A stretch of 64,000 bases of DNA from Bacteroidia bacterium (GTDB taxonomy: Bacteria; Bacteroidota; Bacteroidia; SpSt-205): contig JANXCX010000018.1 of the NCBI GenBank assembly GCA_025059535.1, forward strand, positions 66,014-130,013, in the 5' to 3' direction. A program made the position numbers and the translations under genes. Every line of letters begins with the position of its first letter. Position 1 is the stretch's first letter. Positions 36,917 to 45,352 of this stretch are shown piece by piece. The notes below the pieces were generated by a model. It had not been told where the DNA came from, did no database searches, and saw nothing but the letters and a program-made list of their open reading frames with translations.

Positions 36917-38453
36917 ACCCCACGCCAGCTAATTCCAAAAGCACCGCTCGGTCGCTGAAGGGATAGCGCTTTCCCTGAATTTCCTGATAGGTTTCGTGGC
37001 CTTTACCCAAAACGGCTATGAGGCTGCGAGGGGGCGAAAGTTGAATAGCCGTGCGAATGGCCTCTCGGCGGTCTGGAATGGATAGGACCTTGTCCCGATG
37101 GGTGAGGGGTACGCCCGCCACCATCGCCTGAATGATAGCCCAAGGATCCTCCGAACGGGGATTATCGCTGGTAAGGATAACGCGATCGGCATAGAGGGCA
37201 GCGGCTTTGCCCATAGGGGCGCGCTTAGAGGGGTCCCGGTCGCCACCTGCGCCCACAACTACGATAAGTTGGCCTCCCGGCGGTACTAAAGGGCGAAGGG
37301 TGCGTAGGACTTTCTCCACGGCATCCGGCGTATGGGCATAGTCTACGAGCCCTAACCGCTCGCCCGAAAGGGGTACAGGCTCTAGCCGACCGGGGAGTGT
37401 CTGCAAAAGGGTAGACAGGCGCGCAAGCTCCTGCCATAAAGCAGGCCAGCCTTTTTCCTCTCTCCTCCACTCACTCAAAAAGGCTGCCGCTACGGCAGCT
37501 AAAAGGTTGTAGCCCTGAAACCGCCCAATCAGGGCCGCTGAGAGCCCTTCTACCTCTTCGCTAAAAAACGGCTCAGCCCGCCGCCGCGAAACCCCACCTA
37601 ACCGCACCCCTAGCCTATACTCAAGTCCCCACAGCGTGGCTTCGGTAAGCCGTAGATAAAACTCGCCTCCCCCCTCTAGCCCATACCCATACCGGCGCGC
37701 AGCGGTATTCTGCAGCATAAATCGTCCATGCCGATCATCCACATTCGTAAGCGCAAAGCTGCTGGCCGAAAGCCCATCAAAAAGCCGCTTCTTGGCATCG
37801 CGATAAGCCGTGAAAGTGCCGTGATAGTCTAAATGATCATGGGAAAGATTAGTGAATACGCCGCCCGCAAAGGATATGCCCTCCGTGCGGTACTGGTCTA
37901 AGGCGATAGAGCTTACTTCCATCGCTACGTGCGTAATCCCTTTCTGGCGGAAGTAGGCCAGCAGACGATACAGCTCATAGCTATCGGGCGTAGTGAGCGA
38001 GGCGGGTAGGGTCTCCTCGTCCGCCCTACAAAATACCGTACCAATAAGACCAGCCCGATAGCCTAACTGCCGCCAAAGTTGGTAGAGGTAATAAGCCGTA
38101 GAACTTTTGCCATTTGTACCTGTAATCCCAACAATGTGTAGGTGCTGCTGAGGTAGGCCAAACCAGTTTCGGCAAAGGAGGGCATAGGCGCGCCGGGCTT
38201 GGGTGGTATGAAGGTAGGCTAAGTCGGAAGGGATTTCAATGGGGGCCTCAGCGAGTATGGCTACAGCCCCGCGCGCTATGGCTTCGGGAATAAACCGATG
38301 GCCATCGGTAGAACGGCCCCGCCAGGCCACAAAGAGAAAGCCAGGCTGCACCTGACGGCTATCCGCCGTAATCCCCAAAATCGGCTGCTCCACACTACCC
38401 TGCAGAAGCTGAGCATCGGGCAGGCCTACAAGCAGCTCACCGAGCCGTTTCAT
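36906..38453 (-). CDS. murE: UDP-N-acetylmuramoyl-L-alanyl-D-glutamate--2,6-diaminopimelate ligase
   Basis: P-loop GITGTNGKSST and a DNPR motif (TSDNPRSEDP) indicative of meso-DAP specificity. Mur ligase middle and C-terminal domains are present. Confidence 0.92.
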   Translation of the reverse strand: MKRLGELLVGLPDAQLLQGSVEQPILGITADSRQVQPGFLFVAWRGRSTDGHRFIPEAIARGAVAILAEAPIEIPSDLAYLHTTQARRAYALLCRNWFGLPQQHLHIVGITGTNGKSSTAYYLYQLWRQLGYRAGLIGTVFCRADEETLPASLTTPDSYELYRLLAYFRQKGITHVAMEVSSIALDQYRTEGISFAGGVFTNLSHDHLDYHGTFTAYRDAKKRLFDGLSASSFALTNVDDRHGRFMLQNTAARRYGYGLEGGGEFYLRLTEATLWGLEYRLGVRLGGVSRRRAEPFFSEEVEGLSAALIGRFQGYNLLAAVAAAFLSEWRREEKGWPALWQELARLSTLLQTLPGRLEPVPLSGERLGLVDYAHTPDAVEKVLRTLRPLVPPGGQLIVVVGAGGDRDPSKRAPMGKAAALYADRVILTSDNPRSEDPWAIIQAMVAGVPLTHRDKVLSIPDRREAIRTAIQLSPPRSLIAVLGKGHETYQEIQGKRYPFSDRAVLLELAGVGYAS

Positions 38454-40482
38454 GGCCTAAATGAAGGAGTATTTCTTTTGGGCTGCGCCGCGTTAGGGCG
38501 GTTACTAAGGGGCCCTCCCCCGTCCAAAAAACTTCATACCCCTGACTTCGGAGAAGATACCAGGCTTGACGCAGGCTCATCCCTACCACCCCTTGGGGCA
38601 GTTCCGGCTTATAGGGGGTAAAGCGTACAAAGTAAGTAGTGGGTACCGCCTTCACCCATGCAGTAGGCGGGCGCTCCGGGGTAGAGATATTGAGCTCGTT
38701 ATAGAGCGCCACAGCTTGCTTTTGGGGAAGTATAGGAAGGGTGGGCTGGAGGCGGGCTGCATTAGGCGTAAGCGGCTGCGGCGCAATCCGTAAATCCCGA
38801 AATACAATTGCATCCGCAATCTCCCGAAAAACAGGTGCCGCCACCTCACCGCCGTAAAATCCCCCTTCCTGCGGATCATCTATAACTACAATGCAGGAGT
38901 AGAGCGGCTGCTCCGCCGGAAAAAAGCCTACAAAAGAAGCCCGATAGCGATTGACATAGGTACGATGTTCCACCTTTTTGGCTGTACCTGTCTTTCCGGC
39001 GATAGCGTAGAGGGGGGTGTAAATTCCCTTAGCCGTGCCTTTCTCCACTACGCTGCGTAGAAATTGGCGCAGATAGCGAGCGGTGCGTTCCGAGAGAATG
39101 CGTTCAGAAGGCGGTAGCGGCGGTATCTCAGATTCACCGTTAGGATAGCGTATCTCCCGCACCAGACGCGGTGGAACCCAAACCCCATTGTTAGCAATGG
39201 CGTTGTAAAAGCTCAGAAGCTGAAGCGGCGTAAGGCGAATGTTATAACCTATGGAAAGCCAGGGCAGAGTAGTAGAATTGAATTGGCGGCTGTGAGGGGG
39301 AATGTAGGTCGGCTCTGGCTCGCCATAAAGCGAAATGCCCGTCCGACTCAAGAGGTGAAACTTGGCCAGTTGCTGGTAGAAGGTCTCGGGCTTGCTACCT
39401 AAAAGGCGGTAGCAGGCAGTGGCAAAGGCAACGTTGCTAGAGAAGGTGAGGGCTTCTTCCAAGGTGAGGGAGAGGGCTGGACGCCCATCCGAGAGGGTGC
39501 GATCGGCCACCTGCAGCGCTGCGGGCACCAGGAGGCGCTCCGGCGGCCGCCAAAGGCCTAGCTCTAAGAGCGCAGCCGCCGTCGCTACCTTGAAGGTAGA
39601 ACCTGGCTCCCATAGGGTAAAAACCGCATCGTTGAATTTCTCCTCCCAGTTAGCTAGGGCTAAGATTTCGCCCGTACGCACCTCCATAAGGATAGCGACG
39701 CCCCCGCGGGCCTTATGTCGTTCAACCGCGCGCGCCAAGGCCTGAGCGACTATATCTTGCAAATGGGGGTTGAGAGTCGTATAGAGGTCAGCCCCCGGCT
39801 GCGGCTCATAATCGGCCAGATCCTCTAAGGGCACTTCCAACCCATTTGGTAAGCGTTGCACCAGAATGGAGCGTTCCTCTCCCCGAAGTTTCTCATGGAA
39901 AGCGCTCTCTAAGCCACGCCAGGCTACCGAGTCGCTCACCAGATAACCCAGGGTAGCGCGCGCAAGCCCACCATACGGGTAGGAACGCTTGTGAGTAATT
40001 TTCTCCACAATCAGGGCACGCGGCCGCCCATTTAGGAGAGGAAGCTGAGCCAACTGGGCCTTCTGGGAATAGGTAAGGAGGTACTTATAGGGCAAAAGGT
40101 ACACGTGGCGGTCACGCGCCTGCCAGCGCTCCCATAAAAACTTGTGCAGTCTGTTGGGATCAGGGTAAATCTGAGGGAAAAGACTGGCAAGACGCTGCGC
40201 CAGAAGGCCCAAAGAGTCCTGCACCTCTTGGGCCTGCCAGGCGGTGGGATCCACCGCCAGACGAAAGAGAGGCATACTTGTGGCTAGTACGGTATTGTCC
40301 CGAGCGAGGATAGTCCCGCGCTCGCCCCGCACTTTACGGAGGTAGGGCCGATTCGCATAGGGCTCATAAGGCGATAGGCCCTGGTACTTCCACTGAAGGT
40401 ACCCCAGCCGCACCCCCAATCCTACCCAGCCCAGTCCAACCAGTACAAGTAGGAGATAAAACCGCTTAAGAACTTTACTCAT
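38437..40482 (-). CDS. ftsI: Penicillin-binding protein (class B transpeptidase, FtsI/PBP3-like) with a C-terminal PASTA-like domain
   Basis: N-terminal TM anchor. Motifs SxxK (GSTFK), SxN (FSSNVAF) and KTG (GKTGTAKK). The C-terminal VVGMSLRQAWYLLRSQGYEV is PASTA-like. Confidence 0.88.
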   Translation of the reverse strand: MSKVLKRFYLLLVLVGLGWVGLGVRLGYLQWKYQGLSPYEPYANRPYLRKVRGERGTILARDNTVLATSMPLFRLAVDPTAWQAQEVQDSLGLLAQRLASLFPQIYPDPNRLHKFLWERWQARDRHVYLLPYKYLLTYSQKAQLAQLPLLNGRPRALIVEKITHKRSYPYGGLARATLGYLVSDSVAWRGLESAFHEKLRGEERSILVQRLPNGLEVPLEDLADYEPQPGADLYTTLNPHLQDIVAQALARAVERHKARGGVAILMEVRTGEILALANWEEKFNDAVFTLWEPGSTFKVATAAALLELGLWRPPERLLVPAALQVADRTLSDGRPALSLTLEEALTFSSNVAFATACYRLLGSKPETFYQQLAKFHLLSRTGISLYGEPEPTYIPPHSRQFNSTTLPWLSIGYNIRLTPLQLLSFYNAIANNGVWVPPRLVREIRYPNGESEIPPLPPSERILSERTARYLRQFLRSVVEKGTAKGIYTPLYAIAGKTGTAKKVEHRTYVNRYRASFVGFFPAEQPLYSCIVVIDDPQEGGFYGGEVAAPVFREIADAIVFRDLRIAPQPLTPNAARLQPTLPILPQKQAVALYNELNISTPERPPTAWVKAVPTTYFVRFTPYKPELPQGVVGMSLRQAWYLLRSQGYEVFWTGEGPLVTALTRRSPKEILLHLGHETAR

Positions 40483-40753
40483 AGCTTACCTGAATAGGGG
40501 CTTCGCGCGGCAGAAAAAGGTTCAGGCTGTCCAGCTTGGGGCGGAGGGCGGAGTAGCTACGCTTCTGGCTCACGCTGGCGTTAAGCTGGAGGTACTCGGC
40601 TCGCTTCTCCGAAAGGGCCCGACGCAAAACATGCAGGCGACGAATCTTCTGCTCCGCTCGATACTGAGAGGCTACATATAGGATTATCCACAGCAAAGCA
40701 TACAGCCATACCCCCAGATGCTGTGCCAAGCCTAAAAAGACCCAGCGTTTCAT
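40475..40753 (-). CDS. ftsL: FtsL-like cell division protein
   Basis: 92-aa single-TM protein followed by a coiled-coil-like region, in the canonical position between rsmH and ftsI. Confidence 0.6.
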   Translation of the reverse strand: MKRWVFLGLAQHLGVWLYALLWIILYVASQYRAEQKIRRLHVLRRALSEKRAEYLQLNASVSQKRSYSALRPKLDSLNLFLPREAPIQVSYE

Positions 40754-41652
40754 ACCCTTTCTAAAATCCAGAGGGTGGCGGAGCGGCTACGGGGATTCGC
40801 GGCTTTTTCCTGGGGTGAAGGGCGGAACTTAGCCAGGAGGCGCCAAGCATAAGTTCGGGCGCCCGTAATGGGGTCGGCCCACTCCAGCTGCCGCTGATGC
40901 GCCTTGACCAGGCGCACTTCGCCGCTGTGGTAGGTAAGAAGCACTAGCCGGCCCCCCCGACGCAGAAGGGTAGTAGTCTGGGCAAGAAATTCGGCCAGAG
41001 CATTCAGCTCGTCATTTAGCGCAATACGCAGAGCCTGAAATACGGGGGCAAGGTGGCGGTGGGCCGCTGGCCCATATACCGCCTCCACGCAGGCGCGCAG
41101 GTCCTGCGTAGAGAAATAGGGATAGAGGGCGGCTTTGAGGCGGCGGGCTAGGCGTCGGCTATGCGGCACCTCGCCATACTTACGCAGGCATTCCGCTATA
41201 GTCTCCACAGACTCCCGCAGAAGCCACGCCCAGGCCGGCTGGCCCTCCTTTGGATTCATCCGAAGGTCTAAAGGCGCCGCCCAGCGATAGCTAAAACCAC
41301 GCTGAGGCGTATCTAACTGGTGGGAGGAGACCCCCAAATCGGCTAAAATCCCCGTCACATCCTGAATACCGTATTCGGCTAACAAGGCGCCCAACTGACG
41401 GAAGTTCCCGCGTAGGGGCATAAAGCGCGGGTCTTGCAGGCTATCCAGTGGGGCCTCCGGATCGCAGTCCAGACCGATGAGTCGGCCCTTTGGGCCAAGT
41501 CGCGCCAGGATGGCTCGGCTATGCCCACCTCCCCCAAACGTCGCATCCACATATAAGCCCTCAGGTGCTGTAACTAACCCTTCTACCACCTCTGCCAGCA
41601 GGACGGGGGTGTGGTAGGTCTTTTCTAGCTCCCCAAGAACTTCTGCAGCCAT
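40750..41652 (-). CDS. rsmH: 16S rRNA (cytosine1402-N4)-methyltransferase
   Basis: Motifs HTPVLL, DATFGGGGHS and DLGVSSHQLD, in the canonical dcw position. Confidence 0.93.
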   Translation of the reverse strand: MAAEVLGELEKTYHTPVLLAEVVEGLVTAPEGLYVDATFGGGGHSRAILARLGPKGRLIGLDCDPEAPLDSLQDPRFMPLRGNFRQLGALLAEYGIQDVTGILADLGVSSHQLDTPQRGFSYRWAAPLDLRMNPKEGQPAWAWLLRESVETIAECLRKYGEVPHSRRLARRLKAALYPYFSTQDLRACVEAVYGPAAHRHLAPVFQALRIALNDELNALAEFLAQTTTLLRRGGRLVLLTYHSGEVRLVKAHQRQLEWADPITGARTYAWRLLAKFRPSPQEKAANPRSRSATLWILERV

Positions 41653-42068
41653 TCGGAGAAGGTACTTTCGTGCTGCGTTTTCCAGGTTTCATACTGGGTT
41701 TGGTCCCATATCTCTATGCGGTCTTTGAGGCCGATAAGTAGGATCTCCCCCGTCAATCCCGCATAATCGCAAAAAGGCTTAGGTAGGAGGAGTCGGCCAG
41801 CCGCATCGGGCTGTACCGGCTGGGCCCCAGATTGGAAAAGCCGAAGGAAGTTTCTACCCTCAGGTGTAAAGAGGTTGAGGCGCGCATGAAGTTTTTCCAA
41901 CTCTGCCTTCCATATGGCCAAGGGATAAAGCCAAAGGCACGGATCCGGGGCCTTTTGCAGTACAAATTCCGTGCGGGCCCCCTCCGGCAAAAGCGCCAGC
42001 AGCGCCCCCGGCACTACAAAACGTCGCTTGGCGTCCAAGCGCGCCTTGTACTCGCCAAATAGAAACAC
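41625..42068 (-). CDS. mraZ: Transcriptional regulator MraZ
   Basis: Two MraZ/SpoVT-AbrB half-domains with DxxxR motifs (LDAKRRFVVP, PDAAGRLLLP). Start set at GTG 42068 (VFLFGEYKARLD...), 7 nt downstream of a promoter box. The track start 42098 lies inside the operator repeats. Confidence 0.88.
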   Translation of the reverse strand: MFLFGEYKARLDAKRRFVVPGALLALLPEGARTEFVLQKAPDPCLWLYPLAIWKAELEKLHARLNLFTPEGRNFLRLFQSGAQPVQPDAAGRLLLPKPFCDYAGLTGEILLIGLKDRIEIWDQTQYETWKTQHESTFSEWLQKFLGS

Positions 42069-42075
42069 TTGTTGG

Positions 42076-42083
42076 CAAAGATA
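42076..42083 (-). promoter_or_regulatory. -7 promoter box TATCTTTG (mraZ/dcw promoter)
   Basis: Exact TAnnTTTG on the minus strand, 7 nt upstream of GTG 42068. Confidence 0.55.
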
Positions 42084-42084
42084 G

Positions 42085-42108
42085 CCACTCTCTCCCACTT
42101 GGCTCCAC
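42085..42108 (-). promoter_or_regulatory. Candidate MraZ operator: three direct GTGG(G) repeats with 10-bp phasing
   Basis: The plus strand has CCAC at 42085, 42095 and 42105. The minus strand reads GGGTGGAGCCAAGTGGGAGAGAGTGG. The repeats sit immediately upstream of the mraZ -7 box. Confidence 0.5.
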
Positions 42109-42121
42109 CCAACGGGATAAT

Positions 42122-42129
42122 TACCTTTG
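42122..42129 (+). promoter_or_regulatory. -7 promoter box TACCTTTG (divergent from mraZ)
   Basis: Exact TAnnTTTG, 3 nt upstream of the in-frame GTG 42133. The track start TTG 42127 lies inside the box. Confidence 0.5.
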
Positions 42130-42132
42130 CGT

Positions 42133-43539
42133 GTGCGTGGGGTGTGGATAGGCCTGTGCCTGGTGTGGAGCTGCCGCCGCGAATGGCTACCCCCTCAAGC
42201 TGGTGAATTGCGCTTTTCCCGCGATACCGTCGTATTTGACTCCCTCTTCTCTACCCTCCTCTCCCCCACCCAGCGCCTGTGGGTATATAATCCCCACCCT
42301 TTTCCTGTAGTTATCCGCTCCATACGCCTAGAGAAAGCCGAGCGGAGCCCCTTCCGGTTTATTTTTGATGGGCAACCGGGACCTCTTACTCAACCCTACA
42401 CGCTTCGGCCGCGTGATAGCGCGCAGGTTTTCCTAACCCTTCAGGATACCACCTTTGTCAACGACACCCGAGTGGATCGCCTACTCTGGGAAACCGAAAA
42501 AGGCCTGCAGGCCGTAGTACTGCGCGCTACCCTCATAGCCGCCTACGTATATAGGGACTTCGGCTTTGACAGCGCTATAGTGTCCTTTCCCTCAGACAAA
42601 CCGGTAGTGATTGATGGCTATTTTTACGTAGGGCCGGCGGGAGTTTTGCGGATTTTGCCGGGCACTCGGCTTTTCTTTTCGGGTAAGCGCTGGGAAAGCG
42701 GCCCTTTACGCGGCGAGCTCGCTTCGGGGCTATACATAGCTGGGCGCTTGGAGGCTTTAGGTACGCCCGCCCAGCCTATCACCATGCAAGGATGGCGCTT
42801 GGAGCCTTACTACGCTACTGCCGCGGGCCAGTGGCAAGGTCTATGGTTCCTCCCTACGAGCCACGCCAACCGCCTTCTCTACACGCGCATTAGCCAAAGT
42901 AGCATCGGCATACGCCTAGACTCCGTAGGCGATGCCTCTGCCCCAAAACTCTATTCAGAGGGGTGTATCATCTACAGGGCGGCCAATTATGGAATCTTGG
43001 GGCTAAGTTTTGCGCCGCAGCTACCGCCCCAGCCAATCCTCCGAGCCGTAAATACACTCATTTTTCAGTGTGGCCAAGCCTGCGCGGCTTTAGTCGGCGG
43101 TGGAAGCTACCAGCTTATTAACTGTACCCTTATCTATGACCAGCCAGACCCCCGACGCGGGCAGACGGCGCTTTTGATTGGTGATTTCTATCGCTTCCCC
43201 GACCAAACCCTCCGCACCTATCCCCTGAACTGGCAAGCCATAAATAGCGTTTTCTGGAGTGTGAAGGAGGATGCTGTAGTAGTAGAGACCTATAGCGCCC
43301 AGCCCCAGCTAAGCTGGGAGTTCTGCGCCTTCCAGCAAAAAAATCCCTTACCTGGCCCTGGTCATCTCTACCCCCGTAGCTTAGAGGTGGGGCCGGCGGC
43401 GGAATTCTACCCCCTGCGCGCTGAAAGCCCCCTTATAGACCGAGGTAAAAACCAGCCTGGCCTCATCCCAGCGGTTGACCTTTTAGGGCGGCCGCGCGAC
43501 ACGCAGCCCGATATAGGCGCCTATGAATACCTTCGGTAG
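42133..43539 (+). CDS. Lipoprotein with predicted right-handed parallel beta-helix (hypothetical)
   Basis: Lipobox-like N-terminus (VRGVWIGLCLVWSC). Repetitive beta-rich middle region. The C-terminal DLLGRPRDTQPDIGAYEY motif is typical of the ends of beta-helix/pectate-lyase-fold proteins. Confidence 0.5.
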   Translation: MRGVWIGLCLVWSCRREWLPPQAGELRFSRDTVVFDSLFSTLLSPTQRLWVYNPHPFPVVIRSIRLEKAERSPFRFIFDGQPGPLTQPYTLRPRDSAQVFLTLQDTTFVNDTRVDRLLWETEKGLQAVVLRATLIAAYVYRDFGFDSAIVSFPSDKPVVIDGYFYVGPAGVLRILPGTRLFFSGKRWESGPLRGELASGLYIAGRLEALGTPAQPITMQGWRLEPYYATAAGQWQGLWFLPTSHANRLLYTRISQSSIGIRLDSVGDASAPKLYSEGCIIYRAANYGILGLSFAPQLPPQPILRAVNTLIFQCGQACAALVGGGSYQLINCTLIYDQPDPRRGQTALLIGDFYRFPDQTLRTYPLNWQAINSVFWSVKEDAVVVETYSAQPQLSWEFCAFQQKNPLPGPGHLYPRSLEVGPAAEFYPLRAESPLIDRGKNQPGLIPAVDLLGRPRDTQPDIGAYEYLR

Positions 43540-44599
43540 GGCGCTGCGAATCACCACTTTCGGTGAGTCCCACGGTCCAGGGATAGGGGTGGTCTTAGAT
43601 GGCCTTCCCAGTGGGGTCTCTATTTCGGTGGAAGCCATACAGGCGGAGCTAGATCGGCGCCGTCCAGGCACTTCCCCTTACACCTCGCCGCGTCGAGAGG
43701 CCGACCGCGTAGAGGTCTTAAGCGGCCTCTACACAGGGCGTACTACAGGCGCGCCGTTGGCGCTTTGGATCGCTAATACCGATGCGCGCCCGGCGGATTA
43801 CGCTAAGTTGGCCCAACTCTATCGGCCCTCTCATGCGGACTTCACCTACACCCTCAAATACGGGCATACAGACCCGCAAGGCGGTGGGCGCAGTTCGGCC
43901 CGAGAGACGGCTGCCCGCGTAGCCGCTGGCGCCGTGGCCCAGCAGTTTCTCCAGCAAGCAATACCCGACCTGCAAATTCTAGCCTGGAGCTGTGCGATCG
44001 GCCCCTTTACCACGGCCTACCGCCCAACTGACCGTACCGAAATAGAGCGCTCCCCTGTCCGCTGCCCCGATCCCATAGTAAGTGCCGAAATGGAGCGCTA
44101 CTTAGCCGAACTGCAAATCGCCGGCGATACTACCGGTGGAATTATCGCGGTGGAGGCGCGTGGGGTGCCCCCCGGCTTAGGCGAACCCATCTACGATAAG
44201 CTCTCGGCCCGCCTTGCCTACGCCATGCTAAGCATCAATGCCGCACGCGGCTTTGAAATAGGTGAGGGCTTTGCGGCAGCCTCCACCTTAGGCTCCGTGC
44301 ATAATGACCCCTTTCATAAAGACGCCTCAGGCCGCATCCGACCCGCCACCAATCACGCCGGCGGCGTATTAGGCGGCATCTCTACCGGGGAACCCCTCTT
44401 TTTTCGGGTAGCCTTCAAGCCTATCGCCACCCTTCGGCGACCTCAGCATACCGTCACGCGCCAAGGTGAAGAAGTAATATTCAGCGCGGAGGGGCGCCAT
44501 GATCCCTGCCCTGTCCCGCGCGCCGTACCGATTGTAGAAGCCATGACCGCCCTAGTCCTGGCGGACTTTATCCTGCTCAATCGGCTTTACAAGCACTAA
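43523..44599 (+). CDS. aroC: Chorismate synthase
   Basis: Motifs FGESHG, RPGTSPYTSPR and GGGRSSARETA, with a full-length AroC layout. Confidence 0.95.
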   Translation: MNTFGRALRITTFGESHGPGIGVVLDGLPSGVSISVEAIQAELDRRRPGTSPYTSPRREADRVEVLSGLYTGRTTGAPLALWIANTDARPADYAKLAQLYRPSHADFTYTLKYGHTDPQGGGRSSARETAARVAAGAVAQQFLQQAIPDLQILAWSCAIGPFTTAYRPTDRTEIERSPVRCPDPIVSAEMERYLAELQIAGDTTGGIIAVEARGVPPGLGEPIYDKLSARLAYAMLSINAARGFEIGEGFAAASTLGSVHNDPFHKDASGRIRPATNHAGGVLGGISTGEPLFFRVAFKPIATLRRPQHTVTRQGEEVIFSAEGRHDPCPVPRAVPIVEAMTALVLADFILLNRLYKH

Positions 44600-44604
44600 T
44601 TTTG
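44597..44604 (+). promoter_or_regulatory. -7 promoter box TAATTTTG
   Basis: Exact TAnnTTTG overlapping the aroC stop codon, 4 nt upstream of ATG 44609. Confidence 0.5.
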
Positions 44605-44608
44605 TAGC

Positions 44609-45352
44609 ATGATCTTAACGGGGTATTTGGTATGGCTTCAGTCAGCCTTAAGCATGGGGGCGCGGGTTCAGCTCATGAACTCCCACATCGCCTGCCCTAC
44701 CGATAAGACCTCTCCCCTCGTAAGCTTTTCGCCTACTTACACAGCGGGCGTAACGGGATTCTTAAGTTGGGGTTGGCAGCCTTTCCTACGAGCGGGGATA
44801 GAGCTAGGCTATCAGGGTGTAGGGCAGAAATACTACGGCTTAGGGCTGAGCGGCCGCGATTATAGCGCGGAAATCAACCTGCATTATCTGCGTGTCGGGC
44901 TAGCCTTTCAGCCCCAGTATCAGCGCGAAGGCAAAAACTGGGGCCTTTGGATGAGCTTTTGCCCGAGCGTTACTTTTCTTACCCAGGCCGACATGATCTT
45001 ACAGGGGGACAGCGTAAGCCCAGGTAACGCTATAGCCCCTCAAGTCATACAAACCGTGTTGGCTTACTTAGACCGTAGCACCCGCCCAGAGGATCGCCTT
45101 ATTCTCCAACGCATGTATCAGCCCGTGGGCGGTAGCTTACATGTAGCCGCTGGCCTACGCTTCCGCCTGGTGCCTCAGGTATGGATTCTGGCTCTACTTA
45201 GCTACGAGATAAGCTTAGGTGATATTGAGAAAAAGAGCTTCCGTTTAGGCGGTGAAGGGGCCCCGCTCTACAGCTCCAACCGCAAGCCGGCCTTTTATCA
45301 ACTAATCGGGCTACAGTTGGGCCTACAATACGAGGTCTTTCTGCGTCACTGA
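44609..45352 (+). CDS. Putative outer-membrane beta-barrel protein (hypothetical)
   Basis: Alternating hydrophobic beta-strand pattern with aromatic girdle residues and a terminal aromatic-rich strand (LGLQYEVFLRH). No specific family recognised. Confidence 0.4.
   Translation: MILTGYLVWLQSALSMGARVQLMNSHIACPTDKTSPLVSFSPTYTAGVTGFLSWGWQPFLRAGIELGYQGVGQKYYGLGLSGRDYSAEINLHYLRVGLAFQPQYQREGKNWGLWMSFCPSVTFLTQADMILQGDSVSPGNAIAPQVIQTVLAYLDRSTRPEDRLILQRMYQPVGGSLHVAAGLRFRLVPQVWILALLSYEISLGDIEKKSFRLGGEGAPLYSSNRKPAFYQLIGLQLGLQYEVFLRH

Noticed and set aside
42069-42098. Longer MraZ start at 42098 (track ORF)
   Set aside because: That GTG is itself one of the phased GTGG operator repeats and lies upstream of the -7 box. 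The conserved MraZ N-terminus starts at GTG 42068.
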